Source: Takakia lepidozioides (taxonomy: Eukaryota; Plantae; Bryophyta). Taken from it: 64,000 nt of DNA. The stretch covers positions 48,174,001-48,238,000 of the forward strand of contig CM060734.1 of assembly GCA_030704615.1 (NCBI GenBank), in the 5' to 3' direction. A program made the translations under genes and the position numbers. Position 1 is the first letter of the stretch, and the number at the start of each line of letters is the position of its first letter. Under the pieces are notes generated by a model. It was given only the letters and a program-made list of their open reading frames with translations, was not told the DNA's origin and made no database searches. Shown piece after piece: positions 48,301 through 59,859 of the stretch.

Positions 48301-50241
48301 TCTCTTTCGCCTCAACACATGCCGTTGAGAGGTGATGCAGTTTCTCCAATTGCATGGTCGGCTGCATGGCCCGAGAATAGTGTTTTGCAATCTCGGGGAT
48401 GAAGTCCTTTCCAAGTGCCGGATCTGCAATTGCCACCAGCTTCACAAGCTTTGACTTGTATTTGGTTTTGGACTTGACACCGGCTTCCTTCAAGTGCTCA
48501 GTCAATGACTGCAACGTTTTGACCTGCCCCTCACTTTCCATGAAGAAGCGTTTGGCATGGGCCAAATCCAGCTTGATGTTTGACTGCCAACAAAAACATG
48601 CAGAAGCGTTACATTCGATTCATGTGGAAAGATTACTGGAAATTGGGGAAGGATGAGCAGAGGGAAATTGGAGGACGACTTACTTTGTATATCACCTCCA
48701 CCATTCCATCCATAGTGAGACGATACCATGTCCGGTCTGTTTTTGCAACGGCTTTCTGAATGAGCTCGGGCTCTAGCATTTCCGCAAACATCTGCGGATC
48801 AGTGAGACCAGTTTTCCTCACCCTATACAGCATATGTGCCATGTGGGTATGCACGTACGCATTCTTAGTGACCCTGCAAGGCACACTCTCCAGTTCAGTA
48901 CACGGAAGCACGGAAACAAACCAGAATGGAAACCGAAATGCGGCACCGCATTTCGAACGTGCTAGGGAGGGTATGAGTATCTTACGAGTTGAGGTCCGCC
49001 ATGGCATTCTTGAGCAGGGAGGAGTCTGCCGCCTTCACCTTGAGGATGACACACTCCACCATGTAATGCCAGCCAATGTGCTTGGCATGGTTCTGCTTGA
49101 TGTACTCCCACCAGGCAAGAAGTCGGTGATTCCCGTCCCACACAAAGAACATTTTACCCGACATATGGCCGAAGTCTGGATCACCCTTCAGCGTCGCCTC
49201 GAATTCGTTGTTGCGAGTGTGCCAGTGGGTATCCCACGTTGACAATTCATCGGCAGTGGGTCCACGAGTTTCGCCGTCCTCATTCTCAATGGAAACGTAA
49301 AACGCTGCCGATCCCAGACGGTACCCTCCTCGAAATGCAAACTTCAGCTTATCCACATCTCCGGGAAGGGCCTGCCTGACGATGGGAAGGGAGACCATGC
49401 AACAGAGTGGGATTCGAAGAGTCCGCTGGAATACCCTGCTGCCCAGAACTCTGCCAATGCTACTGTGTGTCTCCTCCAACATTTTATCCGCTGCACTTTT
49501 GAAATCCTCCGGAGACATGTCTGTAGGTGCCGGTAGTGGCTGAGCAGCTGGAGCATCCTCAACTGGAGCTGCACTCTGGGGCCTGTTTGCGGGCAATTCT
49601 GCCATTGCAGGGGCCTCCTCCGGGCCTGTTTGCTCATCGGTGGTGAGGTCTTGCTGCGAACGTTGAGCGGTAGCACCCTCCTCCGGTACCAAATCGACAG
49701 AAACGATCGATCCCATTGCCTTTGCTGCAGCAAAGACGGCCCCAACATCTGCAGGCGGGAAATCCTCCAGGAACTGAGCTTCAGCTCGTGGAAGCGGTTT
49801 TGCGGGAGATTGTTCGGCCGTCGCCCTGATTGCCTTCTGCTTCCTCATCCTTGCAGGTGAAGGTGTCTGCTGCAATTGAATCTGTCTTTTACCCTGCTGC
49901 TTCATTCGCGTTGGTGGGGGTGAAACGGCCTGAGCCGGTTCAGAAACCAGTAGAGGGACGGGCTGCTTCTTCTTCGACTTTGCTGGAGAAGGGCCCGACC
50001 CCTGCTGGCGATTCTCCATGACCGAAGAACGCAAGTCGATCTCTGGGGCTTTGAACTTGCCCTTCAAAGCCGCGTCTTTGAAACGCACAGGGCTAGGCCC
50101 GGCAGGAATACCCGCGCTCGGGGATCGGGTGGGTGTACGTGCTGCAGCTAGCTCCTCGGACTCTTCCTGCGGCTCTTCGGATTCCTGCGATCCCTCCAGC
50201 ACGTCCACCTTTCCTGTTAGGCATGCAAACATGTTCTGCAT
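45308..50241 (-). pseudogene. Multi-exon ParB/Srx-like plus beta-class N6A/N4C methyltransferase-like gene of element B (frameshifts near 47.1-47.4 kb)
   Basis: FFVWDGNHRLLAW; CDMIILDIPDG; RMVLDDRGCVVVL; FDAYCFVK; RSPAFIQTIIETCTDVEGTVLDLICGTG|ASMWAGRFSDRHLFAYEED. GT-AG introns are at positions shared with A. The 5' start is uncertain. Confidence 0.78.
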
Positions 50242-50859
50242 TCAAGTCTCCTAGCATTCAGTCTAAGAATTACAGAAGCAAAATGGGGGGTTCGGTGCTC
50301 GATCAGTTGCGCGCAGCCCGATCGCATGGAGCTCTCACTGGTGGCTGGGTTGCCTGAGTGGCCTGCTGCTCGGAGATGGCAATCTCCTCCTGTAGACGCA
50401 TCTGCTTCCTCCCCTTTGGCATTGGCCTACGTCCGAAGTATAATTTTCGGAGCTTGCAACGAGGTCTCTTGTCTGGTGCACGAACTCCCCCCTCTCAGGT
50501 TCGAGCATAAGAAGAACAAAGACAGGGAAAAAGGGGCAAAGAGTGCAGATGGAAAGGGCGCGAGAGGGGTGACTGAGGAGACACGACAAAAGTAGATGAA
50601 ACGGCGGTGATGCACCACTTGGGTTCGAAAAGGGTTGGACGAAAGTGTCTCCTCGTGGACTTTGCGTCATTACGAAATTCGAATCGTTCAGGGTACGCCT
50701 GCCGTCCGAAAAACAAACATCATTATCCAACGGTCAGGCCGCGCCGCCTCATGCCACTTCAGTCAGATAGAGTGCAGACATGTGCCGCAATTCCATTGCT
50801 CCACGTGTTCACATTTCAAGGCATTTCCGTCCCAGCGTCTGATGAGTTGGAGTGAAAAT

Positions 50860-52165
50860 GCAAATGCGGCGCCGCATTTCCGTTAAGTACCATCACGAAT
50901 CTACACATCCGTACTTGTTGGAAGAAAATGCGGCACCGCATTTCCGTTCCACCTTCACATACCTTAGTTGTTGAACGGAAATATGGTGCCGCATTTCCGT
51001 TCTGGAATGTCGAAAGGTGCGATTTGGACGGAAATGCGGCACAACATTTCAATTCCCGTGGTTCATGATTTTCAATGTGAACGGAAATGCGGTACCGCAT
51101 TTCCGTTCCCCCTTCACATACCTTAGTTGTTGAACGGAAATAGGGTGCCGCATTTCCGTCCCACAGCTCCATATGTGAGATACAAAAGGGAAATGCGGCG
51201 CCGCATTTCCGTTCTGGAATGTGGAAAGGTGCGATTCGGACGGAAATGCGGCACAACATTTCAGTTCCCGTGGTTCATGATTTTCAATCTGAACGGAAAT
51301 ACGGTACCGCATTTCCCTTCCCCCTTCACATACCTTAGTTGATGAACGGAAATGTCGTGCCACATTTCCGTTCGGGAAAGTATAGAGGTCTCACCTGAAC
51401 AGAAATGCGGTGCCGCATTTCCGGTCTGGAAAGTTTGAAGGTCTCACATGGATGGAAATGCGGCACCACATTTCCGTCCCACAGCTCCAGGCCTCATATA
51501 CAAAACAGAAATGCGGCGCCGCATTTCCGTTCTAGAATGTCGGAAGGTGCGACTCGGACGGAAATGCGGTGCCGCATTTCTGTTCCTGTTGTTCACGATT
51601 TTCAGTCAGAACGGAAATGCGGTATTTCAGTTCCGATGTTTCACGATTTTTCATCAGAACGGAAATGCGGTGCCGCATTTGCGTTCTGGAATGTTGGGAG
51701 GTGCGACTCAGATGGAAATGCGCTGCCGCATTTCAGTTCCGATGGTTCACGATTTTCAGTCAGAACGGAAATGCGGTACCGCATTTCCGTTCTGGATAGT
51801 ATGAATGTCTCAAGCGGTCGGAATTGCACTCGGCTCCATGCATCAGATACAAAATGGAAATGCGGCGCCGCATTTCCGTTCTGGAATGTCGGAAAGTGCG
51901 ACTCGGACGGAAATGCGGTGCCGCATTTCTGTTCCCGTTGTTCATAATTCCCAATCAGAACGGAAATGCGGTACTGAACGGAAATGCGGTACCGCATTTC
52001 CGTACCACCTTCACATACCGTGCTTGCTGGATGGAAATGCGTTACCGCATTTCCGTTCTGGAGAGTATAAAGGTTTCCCCCGGACGGAAACTTGGTTCCG
52101 CATTTCCGTCGCTCTGGTGCATGACCAAGATGCAATACGGAAATGCGGCGCCGTATTTCCGTCCA
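50860..52165. repeat. 53-bp-period array: 22-bp palindrome plus 31-bp spacer of ~5 sequence types, ~25 units (element B intergenic)
   Basis: Starts at 50977, 51030, 51083, 51136, 51189, 51242, 51295, 51348, 51401, 51454, 51507, 51560, 51613 and so on. Confidence 0.95.
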
Positions 52166-52577
52166 CTAGCAATCGAAAGAATCACTCGGGACGGGAAATC
52201 TGGAACCTGAATGGGTTGCATTGTTCCGAAACAACACAATTGCGGCCAGTCTTGATGAGCACAACTTGGTTGTCTGACCGTTTTAACTAACAGTACTGGC
52301 ACTTGTCAGTGCGAACGTTCCTGTCTGCACCGAGAATACTGTTGGATCCACCATCTGGAGAAACTGTCAGGAGATGTTATTTCGTCGCCGAATCGGCCAT
52401 CATTGTCATACTTACTGGCTATGGAATCACACCTCCCACCTTCATGCATGTAGCTTGAAACAATACTTTCCACTTCAATGTGCGACTTCCAATCGTCGAT
52501 GGACTCCGCATGGTGCCTGTGAGCCTTGGTCTGTCGCTATACTGAACCTCGCACTTGCCAACTTCGTGCGGTGTTCG

Positions 52578-55500
52578 ATGGCTCCAAATTCCTACGCTAT
52601 AGTTTGCTGTCCTCCGCAACTTGGGAGAGCCTGGATCCCAAACGAGGGAGGACTTTGCAGAGTGACTGAAACTTACCTTTGTTCCAAATTCAAGCTCAAA
52701 CCGGGCACAGTTTATTTGGAAGAAGAAAGGAAGGATGTTCCTGGACAGGTTGACGAGACCATTGTCGTGCTAGGTAACGACGGAGGTTGCGGAATCGAAT
52801 GGCACGTACCCCCATCAGACACCATCCTGTACCGAGCTGTGGGAATGCCCATTCCCTTTCCGAATCAGTCACTGCCCACACCATCCACAAAGGAGTCCGG
52901 AAACCGACAGGCGGCCACTGCCAACAGAGAGGTATGCAACGATAATCATTCCCGACCTGGACCGTCAAGACCCTCCATAGCTTCTCGTGTGGACGTATTC
53001 GACATTTCCGACGAGGAAGATGATTGCATTGAGGTACCCATGTCCTCCACACGGTCGTTCAAATCCGGCATGGACGTCTCTGTAGGTGCTACGCATGTGC
53101 CCTCGAGCATAACTCCAACCCGGTCCATTGTGCAGCTCCTACGACAACATCACCTCGATGGTTCTCGCTCCGAACTGGCTGCTCTCGACTATGCCAAATT
53201 CCCAGTCAGAAAGGTAACGTTTCTGCCTCCCGAAGTCGATGGCAATGTCATCTTCGAGTTTCCACCTGTTTCTTCGTCAAACAAAGCCTCCGGGATGTTA
53301 ACAGACATGGATCGAAAGCATGACGGACACCCCTGGTGTGTGACGAAGACCAGTAGCACGAAAATTGCTGATGGTGTTCGTGTACGATATGTCCTCTGTG
53401 CGGGGAAGCTGAGGTGCCTCAATCCCACCTGCTTCCACTTTCTCTCCAAAGGAGGGCGGAGAAACGAGACGGATTGGACTGGCACAACGTATCATCCATT
53501 CATTGTCTCCAGCCAAGCTCCTGCGGGTTCTTTCAAGTGTGCACATTGCAAAGAACCACCGACGTGCATGTCCATGTGCAGAGCCAAGCAATATTACGTA
53601 ATCCATTTGCTCCCGGACTTGACTAGAGCTTGCATACACGTTGGGGTCCACTGCCACCCCTTGGCGAGAGGCAACATGCATGAGGCTGTGCAGGAAGCAC
53701 ACGACATCATAAAAGAGGAGGTGAAATTGAGCCCCGGAGCCAGACCAAAGCAGATTCAGCTGAAGGCAGCCCACAAGATTGCTCTTGGCAAATCATGTCT
53801 GAAGATGGTTCCGACCGAGAGCCCTTGACCGAAGACGAGATGCGTGACCTCTTGGAGTCCGTCTCGCACGTTTGTAGTCCGAATGTGCGGAATCACATCG
53901 TATCTTGCAAGCAGGAGTTCGGCAGGGGGTCGGACATGTACTCAATCCTGGAGGTGAAACGAATGACTGGATATGACTACATCCAAGGTAGCAGGTTTCC
54001 AGGGCAAGGCAGCGAATCCGATCGTTGTTACATTTTCAAAATGTCGACGTGTGGGCCTGGGAGTGGAGTCGACTTGGTCACTTGCATGACAACTGGAAAC
54101 TTGTCGAATGCTTGGGTGATGTTTGATCACATCAAGCGAATTACAAACCATCAGTGGGTGACTATGGGTGCGCATGTTTATGACTATCACTCCAAGAGGC
54201 TCATGACGATTGCAATCTGCGAGATGAAAGGGGAGGACACACAGTCCGAGATGCAGGCGAGCGTCTTCTGCCGCACATCTGGTGGACGTAGTGACGGCCA
54301 CAACGGAGGACATCGACAGAGCAATCATGCAGCAAGCCACGTACTACAAGTTCCTGAGCGGCAAACAATGGGGCTTTGGGCCGGACAGGGAGGAATTGTT
54401 GGTACGAACAGCTTCGAGGTCCAAGAATCCACTGAAATGGGCGACAACATTGCGAGAGAAGATCAAAGGGACGCCTCTGCACCGCAGAGGTGAACACCTA
54501 GAGGGGGACGTCCGGACTCGCCCTGTGAGGCGGAGGATTGAAGAGGAACCCGGGTGCGAAGAGGATTCCTGGAGATCCGACAGGAACATTCGGACAGCAC
54601 CTTGAGGTCCCGTCATGTTGCCGCACAATGTGTCTTCTAGCAGTGGAAGCCCAAGAAATTCCAGATCGCCGTCGCCTTCAACCGGGGATTTCGTGCGAGA
54701 AATTCCCACCGCTCCCTTGCCCCAGATTCCGCCCGCTGTTATGCAGTATGGCCAAGCCATTGTGGAGACGACTGTGTCTGCATCACAGTGGAGAATTGCT
54801 CGCACAAAGCCGTCGTTTCGAGGAAGGTGTTCCGCAATTCGTGTGGATACACGGCAACGTTGTTTAGAGATGATAAGGAGGAATCCAGATGGGGCTGTCC
54901 CTGCTCCTACTTTTACAGGAAGATTTGTCCATGCAAAGTTTGCGGAGGCGACAACCACCCAGTTCTGGTTCTGCAGGCACGACATTATGACTTGCGTGTA
55001 TGGAAAGCCCAAGTACGGCATACAAACAATGCCAGAGGCTCCCCCGGTGTGGCCGGTGGAACCAGGCTGCGATCTGAGTCAGGTTGAGGCCGACGCCCTT
55101 ACCGCCGCAGGATTTCGGATGGTGCAGCGCACTGACGTCCCCAGACAACCATTTCCGCTTCCACAGCCTCCACCACCGACCCCTGTGAGAGCAAGAACAA
55201 TGGGACACGACAGCTCTAAGCATCCTACACACCGTTGGGGGAAACCGAAGAGACGGCGACCTCCCTCAAAAGTGAACGAGACAAGGATGGGGAATGCACT
55301 TCGGATGAACTGTACAATCCAGAGCTCGACAGAAGTGCCCCCACCAGGATTCGGGCGTGTGTATCAGATGGCCACGACAGGCTCAGCTGTTCGCAATGAG
55401 GTGTACACCATCACCATTTCAGAATTACCCACCTGCAATTGCACCGACTTCCAGATCATGGCGAACAAGGGGGCATCATACTGCCCTTGCAAGCATTTGT

Positions 55501-55619
55501 ACTACGTGTACCTAAAGAGATTCCGTTGTAATTCCACAACTCATCACTTCATACATGCACCAGGGTTGAGCCCCCAGGAGGTTCACACTCTTCTGAATAT
55601 GGATCCAGGGGACCAGTGA
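52578..55619 (+). pseudogene. MULE-like transposase of element B; an internal deletion at ~54253 removes the second D and the catalytic E; frameshift at ~53790, stop at ~54603
   Basis: GCM-like finger and WVMFDH are present, then the sequence jumps from EDTQSEM to RASSAAHLVD. SWIM CNC..CKH is at the end. Confidence 0.88.
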
Positions 55620-56384
55620 GCTTGGCTTGCGGTCCCAATACAATGGTACGCCCATCCTTTTCGGATAGTAGAACTGTATTGCTGCCAGTACCTCAGACTC
55701 TGGCCACAGAAAGGTCTGACATATGTATTGCCTACCAGTAACCTGTTTTGCTCGAACTAAGATATTACTATATCGTTCACTTGTTTCCACGTGCATGTAT
55801 TTTTGTATGTTGGAGGGTTCATGTTTTTCTGCTTTCCGAAAACTTGCTTTCCTCATTCGACCTCCGACAAGGAAATGCGGCGCCGCATTTCCAAGTATCG
55901 TCGTAGGTACTGGTAGAGGCGGCCTTCGCCAACACCAAACCGCTCCGAAATTTCGCAAGTGCAAACCCTAATGCGGCACCTTATTTCCCAGTTCAGTTGC
56001 AAACCTTTCCCGCCGAATACCCGAAGAAGACAGAATTGTGAAGTACTGCAGACTCTATTGGTGCAGACTCCATTGGTTCAATCGCGGCAAAAGGGTCAGC
56101 TTCATTCCAATGTTAAGGCATGTAAAACTGCGGAATACTCTATACAGGCCAGTATGCGACGTCCTTTTGCAGTGGTATACTGGATTTCCCGTTGCACGGT
56201 CACTTATTTCCATGAGCGGATCTAAAAAACCATGAGCGGACTTGTTACTGACGACATATCTTCGCCGCATTACATGATCTGGAACGTCCAAAAACGGCAA
56301 GGTCAAATAAAAAACTATTATTTTAATACTTGTTTAATCTGCCGCATTTCCAAATTTGGAGGAGTCCGCTCATGAAATCCGCGT

Positions 56385-56470
56385 ATCTTAGACTTCGGCT
56401 CACCGCTCATGCGGCTCATGCGGCTCATGGCTCATGGCTCATGGTTTCTACTCATGAAATAGTAAACCTC
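56385..56470 (-). repeat. Right TIR and GCTCATG sub-terminal repeats of B
   Basis: gctcatgcggctcatgcggctcatggctcatggctcatgg...ctcatgaaatagtaaacctc. Confidence 0.8.
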
Positions 56471-56843
56471 ATATAATAAGGGCAGAGAGACCCACAATGT
56501 ACGCAACCGCTACATCAACCGTCGCCAAAGTATTGCTGTTTCCCAGCCCAAAATGGCCAGATGCTCCCATCCAATATAGTGTCAAGACCTGTACATCAAT
56601 TTGACCTGAAAAAAACTTCCTCAATGTGGAGCCTTCAAATTTCAGCTGGAAGCACTGCCACTTAATGCTACTTCAATAGGCTGCTGGTTTCTCCTAATAC
56701 ACCTTTTGCCCCTAGATTCAAAGTGTCTGATGAGAGGGCAAAATAGGTTGAAATAGGCTGAAGAAAAAGGTGCCCTCACCACATTGTCCTCGACCTTGTG
56801 TCATGACCCATGGAGGATTTGACTGACCATGAACCCAAGAGTA

Positions 56844-57222
56844 TCTCTTGTATGTGCTGCTTGTGTCTATAGTCAGGTAATGTCGGATTGGTCAGTGAGA
56901 ACCACCACGGTGCAGCTGAGCGGGCAGAGATTGAAATACGGCCTGCTAAGACCAAGCTGACTCTCCCAAGAACCTTGTAAGCATCAGGAAGAATACCAAA
57001 TCATGGTACTAATAGGGAGGCCCACATTTGCAGGATGGACAAACTTCTTCACATTTTACATTAAGAAAAAGCCACACCTTGCGATTGTGGTTGTCTCTTG
57101 TATGTGCTGTTTGTGTCTGTAGTCAGGTAATGTCGGATTGGTCTGTGAGAACCACCACGGTGCAGCTGAGTGGGTAGAGATTGAAACACGGCCTGCTAAG
57201 ACCAAGCAGACTCTCCCAAGAA
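56844..57222. repeat. ~130-bp direct duplication (56844-56973 and 57094-57222)
   Basis: tctcttgtatgtgctg...ctctcccaagaac occurs twice. Confidence 0.85.
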
Positions 57223-57887
57223 CGGCGAGCTCCCAGCCGAAACCTCCTCGCACACATACCCTAGCGTTTCTAGGGTTGCTTGCTTCAAATGCGAAGGTTG
57301 CTCCAACTGCCCTAAGTCTGTTCACGGCTACCATGATGGGTGTCAATCATTAATGCATCCCATTAATGAGTGCATACTTAATTTAGGGTTCGTGTTAGAC
57401 AAAGCTAGGTTAGGTCCCGAAGGCGCCGCCTAACCCCAAGGGTGCTGCTAATGTGGATTATAATTTTTCTATGTTATAAATGTTTCGCGTTTGTAATCTG
57501 TAACCAACAGTTAGTACTAACTCATTGAGGTATTTACGAAAACAATAATCCAGGAATAAGCAATGCGAATGTATAATTACCCTTGGTATAAGGGTTATGG
57601 TTATTTTAGAGGAGAGATATCTAGTGTAAATATTAGTTATTCAGTAAACAACAACAAATTAATTTCAATTAACCAACTTTAGTATTTCTTTTCTTTTTGA
57701 ATAACTTTATGTATATGTTCAAAAGATAGAGATACTGATTTATTTAGTTCTTACTAGTGCCCATTAATCTAGGTGAGTCAAGAATAATTAATTAGATCAT
57801 TTTGAGGAAAAGATCAGCCCAACAAACAATATTACTATAACCAAAAATAAATAAATAAAGAGTCAAAACTAACTATAGGAAGTAGTG

Positions 57888-58107
57888 TGGCGGCTATTGG
57901 GATTTGAAACCCCAACCTTGAATGTGCAAGCGCAATCTCTAACTAGTAAGTCCCTCAAGTTATATTCAAAACCAACTGGTCTATCTAAGTACTTATAGGG
58001 CTGTTACAAAGGTTTTGAACAGATGAACAAAACAAAATAAATTACGGCCTGTAGGAGTTGAACCCCAAACCACAAGAGTGTAAACTACCAGACTAATCAT
58101 CAGACTA
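57888..58107 (-). other. Two degenerate tRNA-like (SINE-head-like) units in tandem
   Basis: Minus-strand B-box-like GGTTTCAAATCCC and GGTTCAACTCC with A-box-like sequence upstream; no clean cloverleaf. Confidence 0.3.
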
Positions 58108-59859
58108 ATGCAGAGATGTTGTTACAAGGTGGTTGCTTTTAGTTATTTAAACACAATAGTCCAAGCTCACTCTATAACATGGCTTGGCAGTTAGAATTCC
58201 CTGTTTTCAAAAATTCTTAAGTCCCTGCTACGATTCACTTTCTGTAAAGCATAAGCTGTAACCTAAGCTTTACTCAACAAGATTCTAGAATTAGTTTGTG
58301 AATCAAGGTTCATAAAAAGGTTTTTAACTCAAATCGTAGCTACTCATAATAATAACAAAACTATTTGCAGTCAAGAATTGCCCTTGTTCAAAAATTCATA
58401 ATACTGCACTCACCACTTGTTTTCCTTAAATTTGAATCAGATTCCCATTAACATTCTTCCTTCTATGAGATTCAATCAGCACCTCTTCTAGATCATCCAA
58501 ACACTAATTAAGGTCTCAGCTTGAAGTTAGTAATTTAAGCAATAAGACTGGATGTGCTGGGCCAACAAAGAAAACAACTAAGTCACATCCTAGTATGACT
58601 TCCCAGTTGAAAATCGATAAGGCGGTATTCTGATGATTAGGCGCCTTCAACTCAAGTACCCTAGGCTCGTTACATGGAAAAGATAGAAGAGAACAGAGCA
58701 GGGAAGAAAGAAGAAAAAGAAAATAACCAACCAAAACGAGACAATTCTTTACAACGATTTGGCGGTAGCTTAGGAGTGCTAGATTTCCAAGGTCGTTTCC
58801 CCTAGCTCGGCGTAAATCTAGGATTGTCTAGGATACCTGAAATTCAGACTCAAGTCTGTCTCTATAGAACTCCAAGTAGGTATAGAGGGTAATCTTATAC
58901 AAAATAATCAACTACTTGAGGTAGATTTTCTTCACACGGTGCTCACCCGAGCACTAGTCCCAAGTTGATGTCGCTGATGGTGCAGGTTTGATGAATTCTG
59001 CTCACGGACTGATCTGAATTGCTATGGTATGGACGATCTATCAGATTATAAGAGGGTATGTACACGAATACTCAAAGGAAATCTAGACAATAACAAGCTT
59101 CTCTACTTCAATTATGCAAGTCTCGGCATACCACACGACTCACGTCCACTAACACGACACCTTGATTCCAACGACGTGCGGCTGTAATATTTAATCAAAA
59201 AACCAGTTCACTATACACCGTTCCTCTTCACTACAACATCTAGCCTACAAGAGAGCGAAGAGAAAGAGCGGGAGCGAGAGAAAATAAGAACTCAATTGTC
59301 CCCGTTCTCCCTTTCGCCGGCTGATTTATACCAGTCTGTCACCCTACATCCGTCACTTGTTTTGACGATTTTCATTCATCCCTTTCTCAAAAATAATAAT
59401 AAATCATCACTGGTGCATTTAAGCACCGACACCTAGTTAAAGTTTTTAACTATTTTTTTCTAGAGTGTTCATTAATATAAGATATATATATATATATTAA
59501 AAATCCTTCAGATCTGCGCCCTCCACCTGAACGGTCCAGATCGAACCATGTGTTTTTTCCTCCATCCATTGTCATCCGTCCAGAGATCCAGCCCGTAATC
59601 CATCCATCCATGGTTCCATCCGCTGATTTCATCCATTTTCATTCTTCCTCATAATTTTCATCCATATATAACTTTCATCCATCCAACAACTTAAATTGAT
59701 ACATGAACCGTTTTAAATCCTCATGAATGTTGCTCCTCATCCATGTCATTCATCCATTTGGGAAGTGGGGATCGCTACCCTTGATCAACCAATATCCAGC
59801 GGTTCACAGTTATCTTTGTTTTCCCATTAGATCTCTTTCCCGTGCTATGTTGAGATCGG

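Larger units (their letters stand above)
41967..56470 (+). mobile_element. Element B: 14.5-kb MULE-like DNA transposon with both termini; non-autonomous as assembled
   Basis: Left end GGGGGCTGCTATTTCATGAG; right end reverse complement GAGGTTTACTATTTCATGAG. Inverted CATGAGC heptamer runs lie at both ends. No target-site duplication seen. Confidence 0.88.

Noticed and set aside
50860-52165. CRISPR array (palindromic repeat with constant-length spacers)
   Set aside because: Spacers recur as ~5 types, repeats are degenerate, there are no cas genes and the context is a eukaryotic TE. Spacers of the second array are the same in both B copies, so there is no sign of acquisition.
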